Assembly (NCBI GenBank): GCA_951406725.2
Contig: OX597837.1
Span: 43,586,001 to 43,650,000 of the forward strand
Length of the DNA: 64,000 bases
Direction of reading: 5' to 3'
DNA from: Octopus vulgaris
Taxonomy: Eukaryota
In this document: piece after piece, positions 40,815 through 53,756 of the stretch
How the letters are laid out: every line of letters starts with the position of its first letter
Numbering within the stretch: the stretch's first letter is position 1
The notes under the pieces: model-generated
What the model saw: the letters and a program-made list of their open reading frames with translations, nothing else
Databases searched by the model: none
What the model was told of the DNA's origin: nothing
Translations under genes and position numbers: made by a program

Positions 40815-41027
40815 ATAATGGTTATGACGATAACAATAATGATGATGATGAAGATGTTGTTGCTGTTGTTGTTGTTGTTGGTGTGGTGATGATGATGATG
40901 ATAATGATGATGATAATGATAATGATGATGATGTTGTTGTTGTTGGTGGTGGTGGTGATGATAATGATGATGATGACGATGTTGTTGTTGGTGTTGGTGT
41001 GGTGGTGGTCATGATGATAATGATGAT

Positions 41028-41080
<53 letters not shown>

Positions 41081-41596
41081 CGACGATGGTTGTAATGATG
41101 ATGATGATCATGATGATGATAATGATGATGATGATGATAATGATGATGATATTGTTGTTGTTAGTGGCGGTGGTAACGATAATGATGATGATGATGAGGA
41201 GGAGGAGGAGGAGGAGGAGGTGGAGGATGGTGATGTTGATGGTGACGTTGGCATTGATATATTTGTTATCAATATTGATGTTTGGGAAATTTTTAATTAT
41301 TTGCTTTTTTATTCTTTCTTATTTTATATCACTTGCATCATTATCATCATCATCAACATCATCATCGCTATCGTCATCAATATCGTCGTCGTTGTCGTCG
41401 TCATCACCTTCGTTGTCAGCACTTTTATCATCTTCATCACCATTACCGCCATCATCATCATCATCGTCATCATCATTAATCAACATCATCATCATCAACG
41501 TGGTCGTCGACGTCGGCCTCATAGCTATCATAATCACAATTCCTTCTCTTCTACATTTCTACACTTCTTTTTCCTCTTCTTCTTCTTCTTCTTCTT

Positions 41597-41631
<35 letters not shown>

Positions 41632-41849
41632 CCTTCTCCTTCTCCTTCTTCTTCTTCTTCTTCTTCTTCTTCTTCTTCTCCTTCTCCTTCTTCTTCTTCT
41701 TCTTCTTCTTCTTTTCCTTCTCCTTCTTCTTCTTCTTCTTCTTCTTCTTCGTCTTCTTTTTCTTCTTTTTCTTCTTCTTTTCGCAATTGTTGTTGTTGTT
41801 GTTCTTCATCTTCATTTTCTTCATCATCGTCTTCTTCTTCCACTTTTAC

Positions 41850-41884
<35 letters not shown>

Positions 41885-41927
41885 ATTGTTGTTGTTGTTG
41901 TTCTTCTTCTTCTTCTTCTTCTTCTTC

Positions 41928-41978
<51 letters not shown>

Positions 41979-42243
41979 TGCAACATTGATGAAAGTAAAA
42001 AATATAAACGGAATAACGCATTGTTTATGTATTCTCATTATTAACAATGTTATGATGATTGTTATTATTTTTATGCAAATGATTACAATCTGTTTACATA
42101 TGCAAATTAATGACAGAAAGTTGTTAGTATATGCAAATTATGTATTGAACAAAACGAAGTAATCATCATATTTGAGAAAACAAAGATTCATAGAAAAAAA
42201 TGCAATTAACAGATACAATAATATAACTACTACTACTACTATA

Positions 42244-42275
<32 letters not shown>

Positions 42276-42394
42276 TAAATATTACTATTATTATTATTGT
42301 TATTATTATTATTATCGTTAATGCTATTAACAACCATAACAAAAGCACCAACAGCAGCAGTAATCACAACAGCAACGATCGCAGTAGTAGTAGC

Positions 42395-42433
<39 letters not shown>

Positions 42434-42475
42434 TTATTCTGCTTGCTGTTAACAACAACAACAACAACAAAAGCA
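40815..42475. repeat. Compound trinucleotide field (GAT, AAT, GAG, CAT, TTC, TAC, TTG, TTA, TAG)
   Basis: Directly visible. Confidence 0.93.
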
Positions 42476-42494
42476 ATAATATTAATCCTTTCTA

Positions 42495-42680
42495 CTATAG
42501 GCACAAGGCCTGAAATATGGTTGTGGTGGTGGTGGTGGTGGAGGGAAGAAAAGTCGATTACATCGATCTCAGCGTTTCATTGGTACTTAATTTATCGACC
42601 CCGCAAAATGAAAAGCAAAGTCGACCTCTGAGGAATTTGAACTCAGAGCGTAGCGACGGGCGTAATACCGCTAAGCATTA
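42495..42680 (-). mobile_element. Family A-related SINE fragment
   Basis: ggtacttaatttatcgaccccgcaaaatgaaaagcaaagtcgacc...gaactcagagcgtagc. Confidence 0.75.
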
Positions 42681-42749
42681 CTCGTACCTCCAGTGTGCTC
42701 TCGTATATATATATATACTGATTTCATTCTTGTCTGGGGATTACTTCTT

Positions 42750-43259
42750 GTGACCCCCTTCGGTCATGAATGACCATGAGAATCCACGTAGAAGGGTACC
42801 CTCCGAGGCACGAGTCTGGGCAAGGTTGTTTATGGAAGACCAGCAGTCGCCCATGCATACCGGCCTCCCCTCTCCACACCACCAGTGTTATTCAAGGGAA
42901 ATGCAAAAGAGCCGATACAACTTGGCACCAGTGACGTCGCAGCTCATTTATTAACGTGCAAGTGGCTGAGCACTCCACAGACACGTGTACCCTTCACTTA
43001 GTTCTCGGGGAGATTCAGCATGATACAGTGTGACAAGGCTGGCCCTTTGAAATACAGGTACAACAGAAACAGGAAGAAAGAGTGAGACAAAGTTGTGGCG
43101 AAAGAGTACAGCTGGGATCGCCACTCCCCCCCTGCCGGAGCCTCGTGGAGCTCTAGGTGTTTTCGCTCAATAAACACTCACAATGCCCGGTCTGGGAATC
43201 GAAACCAAGATCCTACGATCGCGAGTCCGCTGTCCTAACCACTAGGCCATTGCGTCTCC
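42750..43259 (-). mobile_element. Chimeric or adjacent tRNA-derived SINEs (family D body 43259-42951, family E tail 42950-42750)
   Basis: Head TGGCCTAGTGG/GGTTTCGATTCCC; body ends ccacttgcacgttaa; continues into sequence homologous to 22345-22520. Confidence 0.75.
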
Positions 43260-43445
43260 ACGTATGGATTACTACTGACCTATAAAAATCAACGCATATG
43301 AAATAAATGTAGTATGAAACCATGAAACTGTATTAGTGTCAAGATAAGACGGTATTTACATGGTAAATATCCCTCCATACATACACACACACATACATAT
43401 TTCTACATATGTACACGCACACACACATGTACATATATATATATA

Positions 43446-43517
<72 letters not shown>

Positions 43518-43616
43518 TAATTAATCAATATAGGGTGGCACACCAGCAGTAGGAAAAAATTAAATAGTCATAAACCATTTTTACGTTCAACATCACAATC
43601 ATAATATATATATATA

Positions 43617-43706
<90 letters not shown>

Positions 43707-44035
43707 AATGTATATACTTATACATATGTACATGTCTGTGCTCGTATGGCTACGTGCTATTACGTAAGATGGCTTGCTTGCGTATTTGCGTAGTTGACAA
43801 AATGTCGAAAGACCTCCTTTGAAGCGCAGATGAATGCATCGAAGTTATAATATTCTAAAACGGCAATTTCACTGACGCTTGTCAAATTTTTCAATATCGA
43901 GGTAGAAATGTCAACTCTGAAGATATTCAGCCTTGGAAATGTCGCAGTGTTTAAGATGACATTTCAATCCCAGTCGACTGCGTCAAGAGATGGCCAACCC
44001 ACACATGCACATCATACGCGTATGTATATGCATAA

Positions 44036-44093
<58 letters not shown>

Positions 44094-44284
44094 CCAATGT
44101 AGTTAGTTCGAAAATCTCTATAAAAATGTAAGTAGTAACAATACCTAAACGTAATGTTTGTTGCTACATCAACATGGCTGTTCCGTACGGGACTACGTTA
44201 CGACCATTTTCTTAACCCCAGGAAGATATCTCATCCAGCTGGCTAACGACACATCCCGTGTCTCATATATAGAGGTGACAATAC

Positions 44285-44329
44285 CAGTATACTAGTTTAG
44301 TTTCAGGTTATTTCCCTTCGTCAGTACTG
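44285..44329 (-). ncRNA. Type I hammerhead ribozyme motif (all three stems fully paired)
   Basis: Minus strand CAGTA-CTGACGA-AGG-GAAATAA-CCT-GAAA-CTA-AAC-TAG-TA-TACTG, with a GUA triplet. Confidence 0.9.
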
Positions 44330-44439
44330 AACAGCTGACTGCTAGACATGGGAGTCGTTTGTCCTTGCTCGCAATTTGAAGAAAAATACGTGACATTCAT
44401 ATACATATGTCTCTTCTAGTTTTTAATTATTATAATTAT

Positions 44440-44800
44440 TATAAATCTTCCACTGAGGAAGGAACCGGTTTCCAACAAAGATACAGGGCTTCATCTTTGA
44501 GATGTAGTTAACGCAGACATATTCACATTTGGTACTTGAGAAAAGTCTTGCATATTTTTACTGTTCCACTCACAGATTGCACTTTTAATGTATAAAGTAA
44601 CCGGTCAATTTCTCTTTCTGAAAATCCCAATTTATCTAGATTCTCCTTTATGCATTTACTAACAAAACCTAGTGCTCCAATTATCATTGGTATGAATATG
44701 AATTCACAGTCTGGATATAGAAGCTGAAGGTTTCGAAGCTGTTGTCCATAGATATCCTCTTTTTGTTTGAAAGACATAAAAATCTTGTACGTGGACTCAA
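44440..44800 (-). pseudogene. R4/Dong-like LINE 3' end (restriction-like endonuclease C-terminus and 3' UTR)
   Basis: KQKEDIYGQQLRNLQLLYP...FIPMIIGALGFVSK...SVSGTVKICKTFL, then a short UTR and an AAT-rich tail. Confidence 0.78.
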
Positions 44801-45194
44801 TGTAGAAAGCAAGTCCTATTTGTAATCTCGGGGGGACCAAAAGCGTAACAAATATTTATCCACATATGGACATAAACCCAAAAGTTCAGTTCTTGAATTC
44901 AGACATGTAGCAGGGTCTAAGCTGCTTTCCAGATGAGCTATCTTTCCATATCACAAAGACCGCACTTTCCACTGCCATTGGTGTAAGGCTTACACTTGGC
45001 TAAGATCTTCCAATGGATGTTATAACTGACACCTTTATCTTTTAAGGACCATATATGACTAGATAATTGGGTCGTTTTCCTTTTATTCCAATGCCTGAAT
45101 TAGAAACTTTGATCTTATAATGATGACTCCAACTCCCTAACCACTTAGTCACGCGCCTACACACACATACACACACACAATGCACACGCATCTG

Positions 45195-45232
<38 letters not shown>

Positions 45233-46339
45233 CACACATATACATATATGCGTATGTGTGTGTGAGTGTGTGTGTGTGCGCACTTTGCTAATACGGGAAA
45301 TCGCAGCTGCTGCCTTCCACCGTCACGACAGCTACGGTGACCGCCATGTCTACTGGCGACATGACATTTACTAGCAACACTCCCGTCGTTGTCGTCATCA
45401 TCATCATCATCGTCATCATCATCATCATCAACATCATCATCATCACCATCATCATCATCATTCGCCCACATCACCTTCACCACCACCAAAGTAATTATTA
45501 TAGTCATCTCAGTATTCTTATCTCTCTCTGTATCTTTCCGCCATTGCCTTCTCCCCTCTCTCTGTCTCACTTCACTCTCTCTCTCTTTCCCTCTCTCTCT
45601 CTCCCTCTCTCTCTCGTTTTTCTCACGCACACACACTCACACACTTTCTCTCTTTCTCTCCTTCACTCATTTATTTCCTCTTTCCGTCTACAAACTGTTT
45701 TCTCCTCCAATATCTGTATCTGTTTTTTTCTTTCTAATTATTCACATAATTATATCTTGATTTCATTTTACTTTCATAGTTATTTTTATATTTCCTTAAT
45801 TAGATATTTTGTTTTACAGTTTTTTTTCCTGGCTTATATATGTATATATCTATTTCTGAATTTGTATTTTCTTTTTCTCTTGTTATTTCTTTACGCATTT
45901 GTCGTGCAATTTACGGCACTTGTCACTCGCCGAAGCCGCGTAACCAGATTCGCTTTCATTGCACGCATATTTCAGCGCAAAGATAAATCTTACTTTGTTA
46001 TAAAAATAAACAAGCTATAATGACAGATGCCGTTAAATAGAAAGTTCAGTTTCGCTCACACGCACTCATACACACATACATGCACCCACATGTAACTATA
46101 GGGAAGAAATGCACACATTCACAAACACACACACACACACGCACACACACACAAACACACATACACAAACAAACACAGCGTACAAACACGGAAACATTTT
46201 CTGACGCCGTAACCGGATAGATGAGGCAATTATATCATGCGTTCATATAATGATGTAATACTTGGCTTTTTGGCTGAGAGCATCGCATCTGAACATCGTT
46301 AATTCGGTTTCAATCTCACTGCGTGGAGGCACACGAAAA

Positions 46340-46610
46340 CGAGACGGCAAGCTGGCCGAACCGTTAGCACGCAGGAAAATGTGCTTAACGTCTTTTCATC
46401 CGTTCTCACGTTCTGAGTTCAAATACCACCGAAGATCGATTTTGCTTTTAATCCCTTTCGGTGTCCAATTGAGCAGTGGGTTTGATGTAATCGGCTAAAC
46501 CCCACCGGCCTCCTAAAAGAATTTTAGTCCTTGAACCTATAGCAGAAAGGATCGTTATTAAAATATGTAGGGCGGCGAGCTGACAGAATCGATAGCATGC
46601 AGGGGCACCG
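46340..46610 (+). mobile_element. Diverged family A-related SINE plus a second head fragment
   Basis: ggcaagctggccgaaccgttagcac...gttctgagttcaaatacc; ggcggcgagctgacagaatcgatagca. Confidence 0.7.
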
Positions 46611-47426
46611 AATTGAAAAATATTTTTAGTCAAATGTATCGAGCCCAGTACTTTTAGTGTGTTTTTCTAAAAACCTGGTCTTTATTCTATCGACACGCAC
46701 GCACGCATACACAGCAAAAAATCTTCTGGGCATTCAGGTAGTCCAAGCCCTTATAGTACTCCAATTAGAACCTGGACTGCTCCTCTTGAATACAGCCTTC
46801 CAGCGTAGTTGTAAAATACTCACTACTTACAAACAGCGAACGACTTTTGGTGGCAGTAAACGTCACCAAACTATATTTAGCACAATGAGAAAAAATTTTC
46901 ACTTTACGTGAACACTTGAAATACAGTTTTCCAATAATGGTAAATGTTATTGTAAAAACATACACTGTTAGAAAGTGAACAATGTTTAGTTAAAGGATAC
47001 GCCCACCAGACTTTACTTCTCACAATGTGTAAAAAAATTTCATTTACAACAGACCATGTTGCTGAACCGCAAGCAGACCAACATCCTGAATCCAGTGAGG
47101 ATTCCCCGTTTGTAAAACAGATAAACACAGACAACGACCCTCACTGGGTCCAAGACAAAAGTCTTATCTTGCAGCGGCTTCTTTTTGGGAGACTAAACAC
47201 TGCCGGCTGTCTTCTTCAGTGCACAACACAATGACACATGCGCACATTGACAACAGAGACTTATGGTTAAGCAAGCTTACTTACCACAGATCCACACCTG
47301 CGCTTATATCAACTAAATTTCAGCCATCAACCTTTACTTAAGCCTCTGTAAGTCACGGGTAGACTGCGGGAATCTCTGAATACCACAGCAACGAGAAGAT
47401 TATCTCGAATATTTTTTTTTAGAGGT

Positions 47427-47735
47427 GGAGGCACATGACCTAGTGGTTAGTGCAACGGATTCGCGGTCGAGGGATCGCGGGTTCGAATCTCAGACCGGAC
47501 GATGTGTGTGTTTATGAACGAAACACCTAAGCTCCACGAGGCTCCAGTTGAAGGTAATGGCGAAACTTCTGCTGACTCTTTCACCACAACTTTCTCTCAC
47601 TCTTTCCTCCTGCATCTTGCAGCTCACCAGCCATGGACCGGCGTCCCGTCCAGGTGGAGAACCTATACGACAAGAAACCGGGAAACCGGCCCTTATGAGC
47701 CAGGCATGGCTCGAGAAGGAACAAACAAAACAAAT
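47427..47735 (+). mobile_element. tRNA-derived SINE family C (V-like domain)
   Basis: A box TGACCTAGTGG, B box GGTTCGAATCT, atggaccggcgtcccgtccagg; flanked by TTTTTTTAGA repeats (TSD-like). Confidence 0.85.
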
Positions 47736-47749
47736 CTTTTTTTAGAAAG

Positions 47750-47920
47750 CGTTAAACGGCATTTTGTATGTCTTTACGATCTGACTTCAAATTTCACAGA
47801 GGTCGACTTTGTCTTTCATCCTTTCGGCATCAATTAAATATGTACCAGTCAAGTACTAGAATCGATGAAATCGACTTGCACCCTTCCCCAAAGCTATGGT
47901 CCTTACACCTATACTAGACA
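47750..47920 (+). mobile_element. Family A-related SINE fragment
   Basis: gaggtcgactttgtctttcatcctttcggc. Confidence 0.7.
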
Positions 47921-48101
47921 GATTATTTGCTTTCATTTGCCTTCCTGTAATAATATAGTATGGTTATTTCGTTTTTATTTCTCGTCTCCTCAGCAATGGA
48001 GATACTTAATGTTTAACCTAATAATAGAGTATGATATGAAAATCACAATTCAGTTTGAAATTAAGACTGTTCTATTGTACGTGTGCATACGTACGTACGT
48101 A

Positions 48102-48168
<67 letters not shown>

Positions 48169-48288
48169 GTATTTATGTATGTATGTATGTATGTATGTAT
48201 GTATATAGGTAGGAATGTTTGAACGTACGTATATATATATATACATATATATATATGCATGTATGTATGTATGTATGTTTGTACTTAC

Positions 48289-48333
<45 letters not shown>

Positions 48334-48369
48334 ATGTATGTATGTTGTCTGTACGTACGTAGTATGTAG

Positions 48370-48402
<33 letters not shown>

Positions 48403-48736
48403 TGTATGTATGTATATGTATATGTATGCATGTATGTATGTATGTAGTCAATTGTCTCACCTGCAGAATTGTTTCAATTGTATATCTCACAGGTATACTT
48501 TCATGGACAATAAATATAGAAGTGGAGAATAAAATGAAACGAAACAGATGAATGAATAATTCATAGAATTTAAAATATTCGAAAGTTCTAACAGAAAATA
48601 TATTATGAATGCGACAAATTGAGAAATATGACTGGAAGGTGGAGCTGTCAAGGAAACGTGTTGTGGTGTTTTTTTAAGACAACTATATTCTTCCCAGATA
48701 CGTATATGTGAGGTGCGCTTATATATACACACATAC

Positions 48737-48767
<31 letters not shown>

Positions 48768-48778
48768 CATACATACAT

Positions 48779-48839
<61 letters not shown>

Positions 48840-49255
48840 CAGACATATATATGTGGGTGTATGTGTATGTGTGTATGTGTGTATGTAAGTGAATGTATAT
48901 CCACGCAGACACACACACATATATATATACATACATACACACATAGATATTCATGTATGTATATATATATCTATCTTTTTTATCTTGCCATCCCTCTCTG
49001 TTACATACATACATACATAAATACATACATACATACATACATACATACATACATCCATAAATCCATACATATATACATACATACATAAAGCCACACACAC
49101 ATACATATACATGCTCATAATTAACGACTAGAATAGCAAGGAACAACTAGTGTGTGCTTGTGTGTATGTCTGTGTCTACTCACACGCACATATGCATATT
49201 AATAAATACAGTTATACACATCTAGATAGACACATACACACAGCACACACACACC

Positions 49256-49322
<67 letters not shown>

Positions 49323-49374
49323 ACATACATACGCATATACATACATATATAAATACATATATATATATTTATGC

Positions 49375-49410
<36 letters not shown>

Positions 49411-49714
49411 TTACGTATGTCTACACCTATTTATTTGGCCGGTTTCATTCTTGTGATATTTCAGGTGAAGTTTCTTAAAACGAGGACAGTATATGTCGCC
49501 ATTTTATCAGAATGATGTTTTCATAAAAATTTATGGCGGCAACAGTTTTAATGTTTGTTTGCGGAGACGTTCTTTTATGTTTATGACAAATATTAATCCT
49601 GACTATAAAACATCAATTCTTCTTATAAGTAATATCCATTTGTTTGTTGAGACAGAAAATGATTTACTGCATGAGGGTGAGATATTGACACTAGGATAAA
49701 AGTGATTTTACGAA

Positions 49715-50045
49715 TTGGAGCCAACAAGCCGTGCGCGGGCGGAGATTACGTATGGCGTTTGGAGCCATACGTAAGATATTAGACGAATGGTATGAATGTG
49801 AGGCAACGAAGGGATAGACTTATTATATCAATGAGGACCAAAAGGGAGCAGATTTATTATGTAACGGAGTAATCGAATGATATCAATGGGAGCATATGAG
49901 GGCCGACATTATATGTGTGGGAGCCATAAGGGGTAGATTATTAACTGAGTTGGAGCCAATAAGATATTAGAGGAATCATATGAATGGGAGACGATAAGGG
50001 CGTAGTCTTATTATATCAGTGAGAGCCAAATGGGGGTAGACTAAA
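49715..50045. repeat. Degenerate ~30-35 bp minisatellite with higher-order duplication
   Basis: Recurring tggagcca...agggtaga.ttattat. 49772-49855 is similar to 49961-50042 (taagatattaga...tatgaatg...ttattatatca). Confidence 0.65.
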
Positions 50046-50059
50046 TATATATATATATA

Positions 50060-50216
50060 AAGGGAAAGTTTACGAAAATACACAAAAGACGAGGGCAGGT
50101 GGAGTACAAACAAATGTATTAATATAGCGCTCAGGAATAGAAAAAGTAATTTACGTTTCGAGCCTACGCTCTTCGACAGAAAGATACACAGAAAAAAACA
50201 AGGAGAGAAAAAAGGA

Positions 50217-50220
<4 letters not shown>
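50060..50220 (-). mobile_element. Family H1 unit with minimal hammerhead-like motif
   Basis: Minus strand TTT-CTGTCGA-A-GAGC-GTAG-GCTC-GAAAC-GTA-AAT; homologous to 284-475. Confidence 0.72.
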
Positions 50221-50259
<39 letters not shown>

Positions 50260-50325
50260 CACATCGGTCATTTTTATGTGCTAAGCTACTACTATTATTT
50301 TTATGATTATATCCTTATCTTATAA

Positions 50326-50460
<135 letters not shown>

Positions 50461-51004
50461 AACATACGCACACACACATATATGCATATATGCATATATG
50501 CCACTGGATTCGTCTCCCTCCCTAATTGTGTTTACCTGGTATTCCCCCTGGACTGAAGATGGTCACGGGCGAGAGAGTAAAGTTAACTGCGCACAACTCT
50601 TCATCTTAAAGAAAGTCATCGCAAAAAATCATCGCTCATCCTCAAAGATGACCAGATTGTTCTCGTGGCTCCGACAGACGGACATGAGACATACTAGAAA
50701 TAGCTGCCAAATCTCATTCAAATCATTTTTTTACTGTCTTAAATAAAGAACACATTGGATAATGTAGTTCCTGGTAAATGACGATTGGTTCATAAAGATT
50801 TCTAAGCTGCTGGTTTAGGAATGGCTTTAGGCTACGCAGCATAAACAACAGAATAATTCTTACCAATTTTATCGAAATACATGAAAGAAACGCAGCGTCT
50901 AACTGGTCATTTTAGAATGTTCGAGAAACCATGTTTTCTTCAGGCATCGTTCAGTACATTTTATAACTACTGATTTTGTTTTATTTCTACAGATTTATTT
51001 CTCT

Positions 51005-51348
51005 CTTTTTATCTCTTTTACTTGTTTCAGTCATTTGACTGCGGCCATGCTGGAGCACCGCCTTTAGTCGAGCAAATCGACCCCGGGACTTATTCTTTGT
51101 AAGCCCAGTACTTATTCTATCGGTCTCTTTTGCCGAACCGCTAAGTGACGGGGACGTAAACACACCAGCATCGGTTGTCAAGCTATGCTAGGGGGACAAA
51201 CAGAGACACACAAACACACACATACACACACACACATATATATACATATATACGACAGGCTTCTTTCAGTTTCTGTCTACCAAATCCACTCACAAGGCAT
51301 TGGTCGGCCCGGGGCTATAGCAGAAGACACTTGCCCAAGATGCCACGC
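51005..51348 (-). mobile_element. SINE family B, 5'-truncated young copy
   Basis: Near-identical to the 32.6 and 40.0 kb copies; stops at aagatgccacgc. Confidence 0.9.
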
Positions 51349-51583
51349 TGTATTTGTTTTGATATGAGGCGGTGATTTGGCACATCCGTTAGAGCGTTGT
51401 CTCTGGCGTATTTATTTATTTATTGTCCTTTACGTTCTAAGTTCAAATCTTAGCAGAAGAATAGAACTTTTTCATCTTCATCTAATAGCAGCGGTGTGGT
51501 AAGAAGTTTTCTTCCCAAGTACATGGGTTTAGATCCATCGCAGGATTAACTTCCCATTTATTGCTGAGACCTATTTACGGATG

Positions 51584-51838
51584 GTGGAGGCGCGTAGCTT
51601 AGTGGTCAGGGTGTCAGCATCATGATCGTAAGATTGTGGTTTCGATTCCTGGACCGGGCGACGCGTTGTGTTCTTGAGCAAAACACTTCATTTCACGTTG
51701 CTCCAGTCCACTCAGCTGGCAAAAATGAGTAACGCTGCGATGGACTGGCGTCCCGTCCAGCTGGGGAACACATACGCCATTGAAACCAGGAGACCGGGCC
51801 CATGAGCCTGGCTAGGCTTTAAAAAGGGCGCATTTATT
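51584..51838 (+). mobile_element. tRNA-derived SINE (V-like) with 10 bp TSD, nested in an older opposite-strand SINE
   Basis: TSD TTTACGGATG at 51574-51583 and 51839-51848; A and B boxes; ctgcgatggactggcgtcccgtccag. Confidence 0.88.
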
Positions 51839-52639
51839 TTTACGGATGAGTGGACTGAAGCAACGTAAAATGGAGTGTTTTTGCTTGCGAATACAATGTA
51901 TCACTTGGTCTGGAATCGAAACCATGCATTTACCATGGTGGGTGGAACTCCTTAACTGTTAGGGTACGCACCATCACGTATTAGTGATGTAAGGAAAGTC
52001 AAACCCTTTAATTGGGATCTTATTACGGCTTGCCGAAACATTTGGTTTTTGTCATATATGGTATTCAATTTAGTTTCTAAGGATGACAGAGTGCTGTACA
52101 ATTGTAGCGGAAATGGATATCAAGTGAACTGAACCTGAGACCAAAGCCTGGTAATTATAATTTAACGTTTGAACCCAGTTTAAGGAGGATTTGAACTCAA
52201 GACGAGGCCTTTTGGTGGAGGGAGCTCAAAGACATTTATGTATGCGAGTAAAATACGGGTAGCCGTCACTCGTGAACAAGAAAGTAGGACTCATTTGCAG
52301 GTACCATTCTTTCGCTGATTCGTGTAGATGCCAAGCTAATCGTAGCCAGTTAGAAACACGCGCACGGTCCTTCCACCCTTCACCTTGGGTCATATCCAAG
52401 ATTTCACAGCTTAAGTGACAGAGAACTGAAATAATATTTCGTTGGTAATCGTATATAGTAGAGTAGACGGCAGCATTATTGAATGAAATTACATAAGGAA
52501 GCAACGTGCCACCTAGTTTAGCAATAGAAACCCCAAGTTTATGATCGTAAGCCGAACGTCCTCATCCATTAGGCCACGCGCCTCCACATGTAAGTTATAA
52601 TATCATATAATATCATGTAATTTCATGATAGATAATGCG

Positions 52640-53447
52640 TTTTGTATATGCTTTTATTTTTCAAATTTAAGGTAAAGGTCTGTTTTAATCTATGATATAC
52701 TCTCCTTCATTTTCTGCAATGTTCTTCCATCTATCTGGTAGACTTGCAAGGCCTCTCTTCCAAACTTTACTTGTCCGTCACGAAAAATACTCCTCCAGTA
52801 CTGCTCTGACCTTGTCTACAGAATTCATATATTTTCCGTCCAAATGATTTTGAAGACTGTGGAATAAATGATAATCAGATGGGGCAACGTCCGGCGAATA
52901 TGGTGTGTGGGGCATCGTTTCTCATTCAAATTGCTCCAGCCTTTGGAATGTCATCCTCGCTGTATGTGGAAGAGAATAGAGACTGGGAAAGTTTGTGAGG
53001 AACCCATTGACACAATTTGCTGACTTCTCCGATGGCACGCAGGTGTCGATGAATGGTTGAATAAACAAATGCAACCTTCTCTGCTAATTCTTCAATTGTT
53101 CCACCAGGGTTTACTGGACGTCCTCGCCGAAATTTACAGACCATCCAGGACGATACTCATCTTCTAGGCTGTAGTTTACGAGTCAGATTTTCTGGAACCA
53201 CCGTTGACGCAGGCTTACACTTATTGTCCGATCCTCATATACCGCATTAATATTCGTCGTACTTTCCTTTGTGTTGTTGTCTTCGTTGAACTCTTAAAGC
53301 AAAATATGCTGAATATGCTCCTTTGTCATTTCCATTATAGATTTGAAAATAGAATTATTAAAATCGAATTTACTTGCACTAGGATTAAAAAGAAAACAAG
53401 GTAAAATGCTACCTGCTTTTATAACAAGTTGATGCAGGTAGTTTAAC

Positions 53448-53450
<3 letters not shown>
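52640..53450 (-). mobile_element. Decayed mariner (DD34D-type) transposon
   Basis: Minus strand MTKEHIQHILL...WVPHKL...HTPYSPDVAPSDYHLFHSLQNHLDG...LPDRWKNIAENEGEYIID*. Confidence 0.9.
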
Positions 53451-53487
<37 letters not shown>

Positions 53488-53678
53488 AATCTATTTGAAC
53501 ACTAAAAAAAACTTTTCTTTTAATTTTTCTAAATTTAATTGTTTAATTGTTACAGTTGAAAAAGTCTCAATGACTGGATCCAGTACTGAAATTTTTTTTT
53601 ATAAAAATTATTTTAGCATTTTCTATATTGACTTTTTTTCCATATATATCAACTCGTGTGTTCCTTTTCATCCTTCTT

Positions 53679-53756
<78 letters not shown>

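Noticed and set aside
40999-42162. 387 aa longest ORF
   Set aside because: A concatenation of homopolymeric runs from adjacent trinucleotide repeats.
43915-43950. CTGAAGA...GAAA-TGTC motif
   Set aside because: No convincing stem II or stem III pairing.
46850-47250. Possible Penelope RT-to-endonuclease linker (KGYAHQTL...DSPFV)
   Set aside because: Similarity is too weak to support without a profile search.
47955-47998. Minus-strand CTGAGGA...GAAA...ATA motif
   Set aside because: Stem II has a single pair and stem I is mismatched; compatible with chance.
49715-50045. CRISPR-like repeat/spacer pattern
   Set aside because: Repeats are degenerate, spacers are related, there are no cas genes and the context is eukaryotic.
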